Assembly (NCBI GenBank): GCA_030704615.1
Contig: CM060731.1
Span: 496,001-560,000, forward strand
Origin: Takakia lepidozioides
Taxonomy: Eukaryota > Plantae > Bryophyta
Length of the DNA stretch: 64,000 nucleotides
Reading direction: 5' to 3'
Part shown: positions 13,621 to 24,820 of the stretch, piece after piece
How positions within the stretch are numbered: position 1 is the stretch's first letter
Layout of the letters: each line of letters begins with the position of its first letter
Position numbers and translations under genes: made by a program
Notes under the pieces: model-generated
Told to the model about the DNA's origin: nothing
Seen by the model: only the letters and a program-made list of their open reading frames with translations
Databases searched by the model: none

Positions 13621-15488
13621 GTGGTCGTTCAACCAACTCTTTCGTCACTCCATTGTGTACGCGGAAGCGCTGCGGAAGTGGTAAGACCGAGTTTAGCGCT
13701 AGAAATAGAGAGTTTTGAAGAGCGGAGAGCTGAAGAACAGAGACTGGTTGTGCATGGTGCCGTGAGTGAGAGCTGAGAGAAGAGAGCGTGCAGTTCAGTG
13801 CAGCGTGGAGAGTGCAGTGGAGGAAAGGAAGCAGACAGCGGATTCAAGTGCAGACAGGAGAAGGGAAGGAAGCAGAGCGTAAGGGAGAGCGGAGCGGAGC
13901 GGTGGAAGCTTAAGGGTCAGGCGTTTCAGGTCAGCAACAGAGGCACCGAAATGGCTCACGCATCTAGCAGGTAATGTTCTCGTTTACGCATGTGGTTTGA
14001 TGTCATTTCTTTTTGCTTGCTTGTCATTTCTCTATTCTCTTTTGTTCTGTTTGTTGATTTGTTTTTCTTTTTGTTTTGATGTTGTTTGTTGGTCAGCATC
14101 GCCCACGTCGCTGTTGTTTGCTTATCTTCCTCACTCGCTTTCGTTCCAGGGTTATAGAGCACCATTTGATTCTTGCATGCCATGTTTCGTGAGTGTGTTG
14201 TCTGTTGATGCGGAGCATCTCTTTTTCATTCATGTGGCTCCAAAAGCTGTTTTCATTAGTTTGAATTGATTAAAGTTGTTTAGGTGTTTCAATGCATTGC
14301 TGCTTCTCTGCTGGTGGTTTGTATGGTGGTTTGTAAGGGTGGTTGGTATGGGTGTTTGTGGTCCTGGTTTACTGGTGCTGCTGGATTATTAGGGTTATGG
14401 ATTAGGGTTATGGTGGGTTAGGATCATGGTTTTTAGCGATTGTTTTTCCGAATTTCCGATATTTGTCAACGGATTTTTCTTCGGGGCTAGGCAACTCTAG
14501 TAGACTAGTATCCATAGACACTAGACCCTCTACTAGACCTCCATAAACTCCGACGGACAAACCACACGAACCTCGCTTGCCCAGTGGAGGGTTCTGCGTG
14601 TTACTATGCCAAGGCACAACATAAGGATGTATTGAGATAGACTTATGTGGTTCCTCCCCTGCGTTGATTTTTGTTCTGTCAGTTTAAGAACGGGCGTAGG
14701 AGTTCACCACGGTGGCCAAAGATGGTTTGAGACCGTCGTCGACATCTGTAAAGGCCAAGGAGATGGAATCCAGTAAGCATCAACGAAGCAGAAAACCAAG
14801 ACGAATCAATGGTTGTATCGAAAACAAAAACCTTCAAGAAGAGATTTGAGAATCAAATATCAAATGTGGGCTCTGACGTGCGAACCTTCATAAATCCGGG
14901 CACTGATGAATCAATGTTCGAGGGAGTTATTCGACAGGAGACAACGGAGGAAACAGAGGAAGAGAAAGATGAAAGTGATGACTGTAATCTTCCGTCTGAT
15001 TCAGATAATGACATTTCTGTAGGAGATAGTGAACAGTATTCGGGATCCGTCCTTGCCGCTCTCCAGGATACAGTCTCACTCTCCTCAGTATGCAGTCCTT
15101 GTAAATTCTCCAGAATATGTCCCCGCTGATTCTCCAAGAATATGTCCCTGCAGATTCTTTCAGTACATCCCTGGAGTTCTCCAGAATACATCTCTAGAGA
15201 TTCTCTGACACATACACCTAGAGAGTACTCCCTGAAAACCGTGAGGATGATTCGAGAGAGCCTCTTGTAGTTACAAGAAAATGAAAAGATGAAACTCATC
15301 TTACAAAAGAATATCGATTTCTTATAGAAATTATATATTTGTTATAGGAACAATTTTGAGACCGCATGATGTATGGAGTGGCGAGACGAGCCTTCTCTGA
15401 ATTAATGTATTATTCTTCTTATAAGTGAAATCCTTTTCTCCTCCTGAATTGAACTCTTTATCTGTCAGCTATGAGCGTATGAATTGTT

Positions 15489-15513
15489 GAACCTCCACTG
15501 ACAGTGGAGGTAC
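15489..15513. repeat. Element-internal palindrome copy (probable cargo-gene intron)
   Basis: GAACCTCCACTG-A-CAGTGGAGGTAC, just upstream of a probable AG acceptor at 15530-15531. Confidence 0.85.
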
Positions 15514-16590
15514 AGTCCTGGGAACTTGTAGGGTTGTCATGATAGATGTGTCTGAGGACGAGGGTGGTTTGTTCTGTGGACAACAACATTACCCGAGGGA
15601 TGGATTGTTGGAATGTGCAAACTATCTGTGGTTCATTGTTTCTCGAAAATCTCCGAATTTCAAGATGATCACTGGCAATTTTGAGCTGAAACCGGAGATA
15701 ACACAGAATGGGGCATTTTACCGTTGGCACACTCTTGGACCATAAGTTCCGGTTCCATACAAGATTGGTGCAGAGGTCACCGAGCTCGATATGCAGATGT
15801 GGTCGACCTAGAGCTGGAGATGGATGGAATTTCCGATGTTGGTAATGTTCATGATGGAAGATGGTTAGATTTCCCATAACGTTTGGCCTTCAAACTGGAG
15901 GTACGAATTTTGAGGAAGGCCATGTGAGAGAGTCCATTCAGGCGGGTTCACATATTGCAACGAGGTACTCAATTTACAGATGAGATTTTGTATGGTTTGG
16001 GGTATCTTGGATGTGCTTTACTTTAACGGCAAGGAGCTGCAAAGACGTGGGAGGAGGAGGGCAAGAGCGAAGCCAAGAAGGGAAAACGGAAATCCATTGA
16101 CGACGGTGGTGATGACAATGAAGCCGGTACATCAGGGCGGGAAAAAGAAACAAAAGAAGGAGATGGATCTTGCGTTCATGACAGAACCAAAGAACCCAAG
16201 GCTGCAGCAAATTCGACAAAGACAAGGTGTAAAGAAGATGCTAGAGAGGCTGGAAGCAAGACTACAAGAGACTGTTCCTTTTGGGTTTGAGGGAGACCCA
16301 AGACGTCAAAGGTTCCTGATGGAGCTTGCTCCCAGAGATATATGGTGTACAGGCCCTAAATGTGAAGCACAAAGATGGGTCAAAGCGCGTTTTTACCGAG
16401 GTTCGGGTGTTCGACTCCAAACATCCAGTTTATTTGATTACACGCAACCCGAGAAGCCATGGAGGTTTCTAGTTCGAAACCTCGAAACTGGAAGGAGGTG
16501 GAAAATTCCAAACTGCTTCGTATCGATAGACAAACACGATCATTGTTGCCAAGGTAAATTTCCCGACAAAATCCAATTTTTGTAACAACA

Positions 16591-16615
16591 GAACTCCACT
16601 GGACAGTGGAGGTTC
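16591..16615. repeat. Element-internal palindrome copy (cargo-gene intron 16554-16681)
   Basis: GAAC-TCCACTG-GA-CAGTGGAGGTTC followed by ATGAAC. Confidence 0.85.
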
Positions 16616-18976
16616 ATGAACTTAAAAACAACATGCTTGTTAGGTCGATATCATTCTGACCTTATTTAAGTTCTGTCGCAGGAACTTGTGCAAGACATTA
16701 GACGACGACAATCTTAAGAAGTACTACAGACTGGCCTCACAGATTATATGGTCAAAGGATTTTTGGAGGCCGTGAATCTATCTAAGCTTTCAACGACCCG
16801 AATACGGCGCAGAGATTTGACACAACATTTCCGAGAAGAAATTGCAATGCCCGAAATTTTTCGAGCGGGGGGGGGCCGGAAAAACCGGTAAAAAGTACAC
16901 AATCACCCACAACGAAGTCGGAAGAGGAGACTAGACAAGAAGGTTAAATGATTCATTGTGTTTTCGTTCCTTTTGATAGAGAACCAAAATATCTCAAGCT
17001 TGGATTTATGTGACGAACGGAGAGCACATTACGAAGCAGAAGACAGTTACAAAAAACCTTCATAAGGGACGCGAGAGGGTGCTACAATGAACGAGCGGGA
17101 TGGTTTTCAGCATTCGGAAATTCGACATGATGGGGGTCTTTGTAATGTGTCCTTGTTTGGTAATGAGTGCTTGTCCAGTTCTTATTTTACCAATCTATTT
17201 AGGTTCATCCACATATAACAGTTCCGCAAATGGCCGCAAAAAATACTTGAAACATTCATATGATCATGAGAAACGTGAGTTGTTGTGCGGAAGAACGCTT
17301 CCAAAATCTCTCATGCTCATTGGGTTTTTTCAGGATTTTCTAGGTACACCTTGGAACTGTTCCTGGTGGAGAACATGAACAGATTGGACAAATTTGACTT
17401 GGAGGAGCATCGCATTCCGAAGCAGGAGACGCTACAGAAAGAGCTTCAAATTACAAGGCACAACAAGATGGACGAGAGATGAATTCACAATCGAATCATC
17501 ACTTGGTGTATATAGATAAATTGACAAGATGTTGTGATTATTGTTCATCTCAAGATTAATATCAAATATTGAATGAAATTTCTAACTTTGGCCCTGATAT
17601 TTATTGTAGGAATTTATGCAAGCATATCAACTCATACTGGAGATGAGTAGCGTGAAAGAGGCCATGGTTCTGGTTCTCTGTGATGAAGATGTATGCAACC
17701 TGTGGAATGAGGTTTTCAAACAGTGGGAACAAGGGAAGCTTTGATATTTTCGGGATTCAGTGCAAGGTGAACAGTACCGCTGAATAACCGCTATCGTGAA
17801 ACTGCAAGGACTTAATAGCAGGTATTTGAAAGAGAGGGCGGAGAAAATCCTAAACAGATCATTTGCATTCGGGGAACGAAATTCAAGGGCGCGGACAAAT
17901 CCAAAAACACAATGAGCGCGTATATTGACCAAATGAAATTGCGACGGTTTACTATCAATGATGTAATGGAAGTCTTAGGGTGGCCTCGGAAGAGCAGACA
18001 GAACCCGGAACCGTATACCAAACAAGAGTGGCGTGATGTTAAAAAAAAAATACAACTTCAACAAAGCTGAGTTTGAAACATTTCGAGATAGGTTCGGGAA
18101 CGACTACATTGTTAATAAACAGAAGATGAATATGGAGACGCAGCCAATGACTGTTGCCTTCAAGAAGTATGTCTTGTCGTGCAAGCAGACCTTCGAGGAT
18201 AACCAGAATGCCCTGGCGATTCTACGCACGAGCTTCAGGTCCCATTACACACAGCTAGGGGGGAACCAGAAATTTTCTGATGCCATATCACGGTTGGGAC
18301 TTGCACCAAAGAATCGGTTCGACGACATATCCATGGTATTCGTCAATACAGTTTGTGATGATGACTCTGTTGTCTTCGAGACAAAGGACTACTCAAATAT
18401 CTTGGATGCTTTTGTAGCTCAGCAACTCATGTCCAGTGCTTTTGTGTTTTTCTCCACACAAGAATCATCGGGAAATCTTGTGTCATACATCCGGAATGGC
18501 CCTGGATCAAAATCGTTTATTATCCGACAGGGTTATTACATTCCCGGCGAGTTTGAATCACCTTACAAGAGCTGCACGACTATATTCTCCCGGACGGTCC
18601 TCTGCCTCGATTACGTATTTCCGGCAACAGCTGAGGAGATGGTGAATCCGTACGACCGCATTCAAACTGTTTTGGTATCGCCGGACCCAATTAATCCCAT
18701 TATCCAAGGACCAGATGTAGACCCGACCTCGCAGGAGATGGAGTGTAGGACTTACAATCATGAGCTGAGGCCAGACACCTACGATTACCTGGTTTTTTTT
18801 TTGGACGGGATGTCTTGTGTGAACATTTTCGGAGGACTGGCAATGACATACGTTCTTCTTGTAAGTGGATTCTGCATCTTGGAATTGTCTGTGTTTTCAG
18901 TTTCCGGATTTAACTCTCGTATTATTGACGTTGTCGGAAAAGCGTGTTTAACCTGTGTCTGATTGTTCCATTTTGT

Positions 18977-19002
18977 TAACCTCCACTGGGCAGTGGAGGT
19001 TC
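18977..19002. repeat. Element-internal palindrome copy (cargo-gene intron 18861-19140)
   Basis: AACCTCCACTG-GG-CAGTGGAGGTT with perfect 11-bp arms. Confidence 0.88.
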
Positions 19003-21613
19003 ATGTTATTGGAGTTGTGGGTGTTTGGGTGTTTGTTATTCTGCAAATTAGTGTAATTGTTAGTTGTCTCAAAAGAAAGCCTAACCCTTTCAATCTATCG
19101 ATGGTTGGTGTTCGTCGGATTTATTTTGATATCATTGCAGGAAAGAAATATTCGTGTGCTCGACATAAACTTTGTAACAAAAAAGAAATTTTGTAGAAGC
19201 AAGGTGGAGGCCTATTTCAGGACCCTCCAGATTGACAATCAGACTATCGCAGGAGACGGAGATGACGGAGACTCACTGCAGGATGACGAAGTGGACGAAG
19301 AAGATGATGACGAAGAACACGACAAGGATCAGGACGAGGAAATGGAGGAAAAACAAGAAGAGGACGAGGAGGAGGAGAAAGACGAAGATGAGAACATGAA
19401 AATCGTCAACGGAGTCCAGGGGAAGATGCGGCTAAGAGAAAGAGAAAGAGAGGGCCAGGAAATTGCACGGTTGGATAATCTAGGTAGTACTCCAAATACC
19501 CAAGAACGCATTGCGCCACAAGATGTACACAATCTGGACAACTCTTCCTCCAGTTCCGATAACACCACGAATAAGAATCCGACTTCTCCAGGCGGACAAG
19601 AAGCGACATCGACGGAGTTAGTTGAAACCCTCGGTCAAGGGTTCACACCTGTGGAAGGTGACGAGCCATTGATTATGTCACCGGATCCCATTAACAATCG
19701 TCGTGAGTTGGTGTCCCAGAATGTCACCCAGGATCTGGTTCTGGATGTAGGTAACGAATGACAATTAGTGAAAGTTTATTCATACACACTTCTGAATACA
19801 ATATGACAATATTGTAATTATACATACTTGTGAGTGGAATAATCCGAATGTCTACTCTTGGTCCTTTACAGTAGTCCATTGTCGGGACACTTATGTCTCC
19901 GAAAACGTAGAGGTTACTCTGAAACTAAAAAACACTACATTGTGTTGTTTCTGACGGTAGAAACACTTAAATTGCGCAGGTTGATATCGTCCATCAACCT
20001 TCATTTGCAACATCGGGGAAGAGGAAACGGATGCTGTTAATATTGAGTGTCAACGGTCTCCTTTGCTACCGGCCACCTCCAACCGGCGGTGAATTGTTTG
20101 TTTCAGGAAAGTTACAGTTAATGTTCCCGAAAGACCTTTTGTGGTTCCCCGGCCCGGAGTCTTGGAGTTTCTCAACCTTGCGTTCATACATTTTCACGTG
20201 GCGATCTGGTCATGTGCTGAAAGACATGTTCTTTGTAGGATGCTCGAGTGCTTAGTTCCTACGAAAATTGCGAAGAAGTTTTGCTTCATCTGGTCAGCTG
20301 AGGATTGCAAAGACACTACCGGTTATATCATGCCTGGGATGAAATATCTCGTTAATGATATTCGCACTGTTCTTGTCAAGTACCCTGGTACACCCTTTGC
20401 AACGCAGGGACAAATACTCATTGTTGATGATGAGCCATCAAAGGGCCTCCGAAACCCACCAAATACTGGATTCTTCCATATTTCATACAAGCCATCACCA
20501 AAGGGATTGGTTGACCAGGATGATATGTCAAAAGTTGTGTGGCCATATATATTGAAAATGGCTGCAGCTTCAACAGTCGTAGATTACATCAGCGAGAACC
20601 CTGCCAAGTGTTCTCGTAAGCCTATTGGTTATGACCATGCCTATTGGGCTTGGTATGGAGGATATGTTGATCCTCATGTTTGGATCCCACAACAAAAGGA
20701 ACCTGATTACCTTGGTATGTACTTATCCTACTGTTTGTTGTTTATGGAGAATTTGATCTTGAAAGTGTCTTCCACTTGCACTTTTATTTTATCATTTTTT
20801 CTACAAATGTTCCACATTTCAGCTGACATTTGTCATATGAAAAATTGTTTTGCCCAGTCACATTCAAGGAGCAAATTCGAAAAGAAGAAGAAGAGCTTCG
20901 TGATTGGCAAGAATGGCGGGCTTCCCGGCAGGCTTCAAGGGCATTAAGAGATTCAACAAGTAGAGTTCCAAGTAACATTTCGGATGATAATGTTACTACT
21001 AGGTTCGAGTTCTCCGAAAGTATTTCCGTTTCATCTGGTGCGGAGACCGTTGCAAGTGGTTGTGGTAACCGGAGGCGTCTTCGAACACATGCTTTGACTG
21101 CGAGCCGTTTGGGAGGAGGCTCTGTAATATTAATGGGTTAGTGTAAGCCATTGTATGGCTTCGAGCCGCTGGATAACATTAAGTCCAACGGATGTACAGT
21201 TGACGTTACATTAGGTCTGACTGCAATGCCAAAATTGCAATCTCTAATAAAATATAAATGTTTATCATCAATGTATGCGGACACATTCTTTCATATCATC
21301 CTTTTCATCACATGCCATGATTGTTCTATGTTTGGTTTTGTATGTCATCTGATATGACAACCATTTTCTGCAAATTTTTTTACATATCTGACCTCACATC
21401 ATGGTGTAATTTATTGCATCCTCCCATTTTTTTTCGTGAACGACAACTTGGCAATGGATGTTCTTCTAAAACCACAATACATACTTATATTGTCTCCAAA
21501 AAATGTTTGGAGGATTATATTGTGTATAAAATAACCAAAATAATCATATATATCGCTTTATTTCAATAATAAATTTTGTTTATTCATATTTCTCATATTA
21601 TTTCTGGACCAAA

Positions 21614-21643
21614 CAAAAGTCCAGAATTAGTTAAAATAGTGTT
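21614..21643 (-). repeat. Right terminal inverted repeat (30 bp)
   Basis: CAAAAGTCCAGAATTAGTTAAAATAGTGTT followed by TSD CCCA. Confidence 0.9.
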
Positions 21644-21759
21644 CCCAATGAAGTCATGCCATTTATCAAAAGTGTCTGTGCATTGGAAAAGGAACTGGAA
21701 ATTTGGTGAGTAGGAGACTCTCATCAACCATGATAGATTCATTTTTCCAACATGCATAG
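21644..21759 (+). pseudogene. pogo/Tigger-like remnant, right part
   Basis: Continues the 5892-6045 frame (RP|NEVMPFIKSVCALEKELEIW*). After a shift it ends in Q.TMIDSFFQHA*, a PIP-box-like QxxIxxFF tail typical of pogo transposases. Confidence 0.55.
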
Positions 21760-24549
21760 ATTGATGCCAGGCCATCTCAGTTAGGTCCATCTCAGTTAGG
21801 TGTGATACTCACCGCAACGCTAGCTGATCGATCAATTTATTTTTATAAGTGTTAATTTTAATGACCTGGTATTTCATATGTGTTAATTTTGTAAATGTTA
21901 AAGATTGCCGTTGGAAACTTCCTAACTGTTAAACTATTGATACTCTATTTCTGTTACGTATTTTCCTACTCCCAACCCCTACCACTTAGCCAGATCCGAC
22001 TATACCTCCATCATAGTGCTATTTAATGCTTTGGGATTTGTGATTTGTCCTTGAGGTACAATTTAATGAGCAAGGGAATGACGGCCGCCGTGGGCACAAG
22101 AACATAATGACGGTCAGCAAGCCTATTACCCGGATTCCATTACCCGCCCTAAAAGCATCCACACCCTTGAGCTTGAAAGGCTCTATGTAATGCCAAAGAT
22201 AACGTGATAGATTCAGGCCCTCTTGGATTATGTGGCAGGGTAGTCCTAACTCAGGCACAGCCTTGACTCCTGAATCCCCACACTATTCATCACTTGTCGT
22301 TTCCAACCCCGTTCCCGTATGCTACCCTCTGGCGTTCCCATACTGGTCGTCTTGTGGTCTCTGGCAAGAAGCAGGCTCTTTGATACGGTCATGGTCACGT
22401 TGACTTAGTTTTAGTACCAGGCTCAGGGCATTGTACATTGTGCTACATTGTGCTCGGGTTCATGGCTCCGAATGACATATAGTGCCCGCCCTTTATGGTC
22501 CATAGGGTTTCAAGGGCAATAGTGTGGACGTTTTCAGCCCATTCCGAATCTATATCTCGCCAAATTCTGTTGGCGGGCTGGGTTCAGTCTAGGGTGTGGA
22601 AGCTCTAGTAAGGGTCAGATAAATGCTGGTGTATTACCCTTCATCCGGGTCCGGGGGAAACATACAATGTATGCTTGATAAGGGTCCGGGTATATATGGG
22701 TAACCTTACCTGGTTATATATGGGTAGATCGTATACCCACTCAACACTGGTATCTACACAGACATGAACATTTTGTAGTATGAATCTGGTATGAATACTT
22801 ATATTGTGGGCTATATATGAATATGCTATTGGCATTGATTTTTTTTAGTGATACTGGGGATATATAAGCATTGGCATGGTATTTCTTAGTACTGCTCACT
22901 ATACATAGAAATAAATTATGTCATTAAGCACACAGCTAAGTGTAGTCTAAACTATGGAACACTAGGCAAAGGAAACCCGTAGCATGAAACAACAGTGAAA
23001 GGCACATGAAGTCTGAACTGCAGCAGGGAGCTTTGAATTAACAAAATGGTAGTACAGATTTCGACTAAATCATACTTATATTTCTTACCTAGCTAGGTTC
23101 AACCAGGTATACCGGTCCAACACTAGTAGAAAAGCCAAAGACAATCTTCACAAAGTGTGAGAGGAAAAATCCTTGATTAGACATAGGGTGCTTTGTAGGT
23201 GTTTTTCTTTTATGGGGAGGGGTGGGGTGGGCGGGATAAAAATGGGCTTCTAAATAGTAGCATGTCTCCAAAGACTCACCCGTCCCACATTAATGTAATT
23301 CCACAATCTCCACGGTAAGGAAGTGACTTGGCACACCCCTAAGGTGCTTGTAAGAAAAAATGGATCCACTCGCTAACTTGTCTAAAAATTCAGGTAAAGG
23401 TAGATGACAAGGTTGACATTGATGAGACAATGTGGTGGCCCACTCATGGTTAATGCCAGAGGACATGGAGTATTTTGTCGGAGGACCAACGAATTTAGCT
23501 CTTCATTAGCGTCAACTACCTAGTTGGCCCACCTTGTGCAGCTGGACCATGGAACACAACTTGCGACTGCATTGGGATCGATGTGGGGATCTTGGCAGCT
23601 TGACTTACATCAGTCCTTATCCCGGGGGTTACTTGCGGCTCCAATGCAAATGCACTCCCTGTCCAGAAAAAGACGAGGTCAAGTATTGAAGAACTGTATT
23701 GTGAGCCTCCAAGCAAGCCTATATCAAACAACTCCAAGGAGTTTACCATGCCTATATAATTGAGCAGAAGAAGGAGGGGGAAGAGCATAGAGGAACTAGA
23801 AGAAATCTCAGTGTAGAGTCAGCTAAGGCATTTCTAAAACCACGAAACTTATTATATCTCCAAAGATAGGTAGTGTGGTAGAGTCTCTTTATGTACTTAT
23901 AAACCAAAATCTAAATCTTCCTCACAAATCCACCATATGGACCTTAACTCTTAAAAGCAATCATTGATGTTACGTTGAAGACATATATACCTCCACAAAG
24001 TTTGCTGCCATACATGTATCTTTGGGAATGAATTGTCAGATAAATTGGCATGACTTAGAGCTATACAACTCCTTCTTGCTCATCCAACAATACCATCCAC
24101 ATAGCACACAAGTACTTATCCCTTTTGGCTATCATCTACTAAGGCTACACTCCTGAAACAGCCCCCATACAATATATATATTCAATCTTGCAGAAGAAAC
24201 CGAAGAAAAACTTAAAACTCGTACACTTATACACAAACATACATATGCAAGTGGGTTATCTTCTACATAACCAGCTATTCAACCATTTTTGGGTATCCAA
24301 AGTAGTAACTGATGCACAAATTAGACAATCACTTAATTTGATATGAACAATAGATGGACAATCAAGGACCGTCTTATTCTAACAAACATTGCACATTGTG
24401 TCATACTTACCCCCCAAATAGACACATGGCTACATCTTCTATTACATTGCCATATGCACCCTAAATTAGCGTAGTGGTAAGGTGATGGTAGAGTGGCGGC
24501 GAGGTGCTGGGTTTTGATTCTTGATGGGTGGCTAATAGAACTCCAGCTA

Positions 24550-24820
24550 GTGTAACCGTGGGTCTGTGTAACCCCGGGTAGTGTCAACATGTTTCTTGTG
24601 TAACTCCTCTTAGCACATTTTTATACCTAGCCAAATTTGGACTTGGTCAAATTTCGAGACCAAGGTGAGTTACACCCTGTGGTTATGTTCCTTTTTGTGT
24701 AACCCAGTGTAACCCCGAGTGTAGTTACATCCCCTCCGTGTAACCCGGTGTAGCCCCAAGTGGAGTTTACACTCCTTCCAGTGCATCCCAGTGTCACCCC
24801 GATTGGAGTTACACTCCCTT
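24550..24820. repeat. Cluster of GTGTAACCC/GTTACAC motifs with an approx. 39-bp unit x3; probable non-autonomous DNA transposon remnant
   Basis: Repeated GTGTAACCC(A/G)GTGT..CCCC..TGGAGTTACAC at 24698-24820. Confidence 0.45.

Larger units (their letters stand above)
14763..21141 (+). pseudogene. Multi-exon transposon cargo gene: unknown N-terminus, degenerate amino-methyltransferase-like region, acidic linker, FCP1/NIF-like HAD domain (frameshifted as assembled)
   Basis: Chain of + ORFs (14809, 15539, 15980, 17285, 18033, 19057, 20031, 20141, 20830) joined by GT-AG introns. In-phase joins: 18861-19140 (YVLL|ERNIRVLD), 19747-19979 (LVLD|VDIVH) and about 20715-20857 (DYL|VTFKEQ). FCP1-like motifs: LLILSVNGLL, RPGVLEFL, FHVAIWS, ILIVDDEPSK. 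Start and whether this is one gene or two are uncertain. Confidence 0.7.
6046..21643. mobile_element. 15.6-kb Sola-type DNA transposon with cargo gene
   Basis: TIRs AACCCTATTTTAATTAATTCTGGACTTTTG (6046-6075) and rc AACACTATTTTAACTAATTCTGGACTTTTG (21614-21643) match at 28/30. CCCA is duplicated at 6042-6045 and 21644-21647. Internal transposase has Sola/DUF7869-type motifs. The flanking frame is restored at the empty site. Confidence 0.88.

Noticed and set aside
8695-19002. CRISPR-like array interpretation of the palindromes
   Set aside because: Copies are dispersed at irregular kb-scale spacing in introns of a eukaryotic element, with no regular spacers or cas genes.
21614-21641. CACTA/En-Spm assignment, because the right TIR reads CACTA two bases in
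   Set aside because: The inverted match extends two more bases (AAC..). Only then does a perfect TSD appear, and it is 4 bp rather than 3. The left end reads CCCTA and the transposase motifs are Sola-like, not TnpD-like.
24460-24535. Second tRNA-like SINE head (TAGCGTAGTGGT...GGTTTTGATTC)
   Set aside because: Too degenerate; no tail, TSD or second copy to support it.
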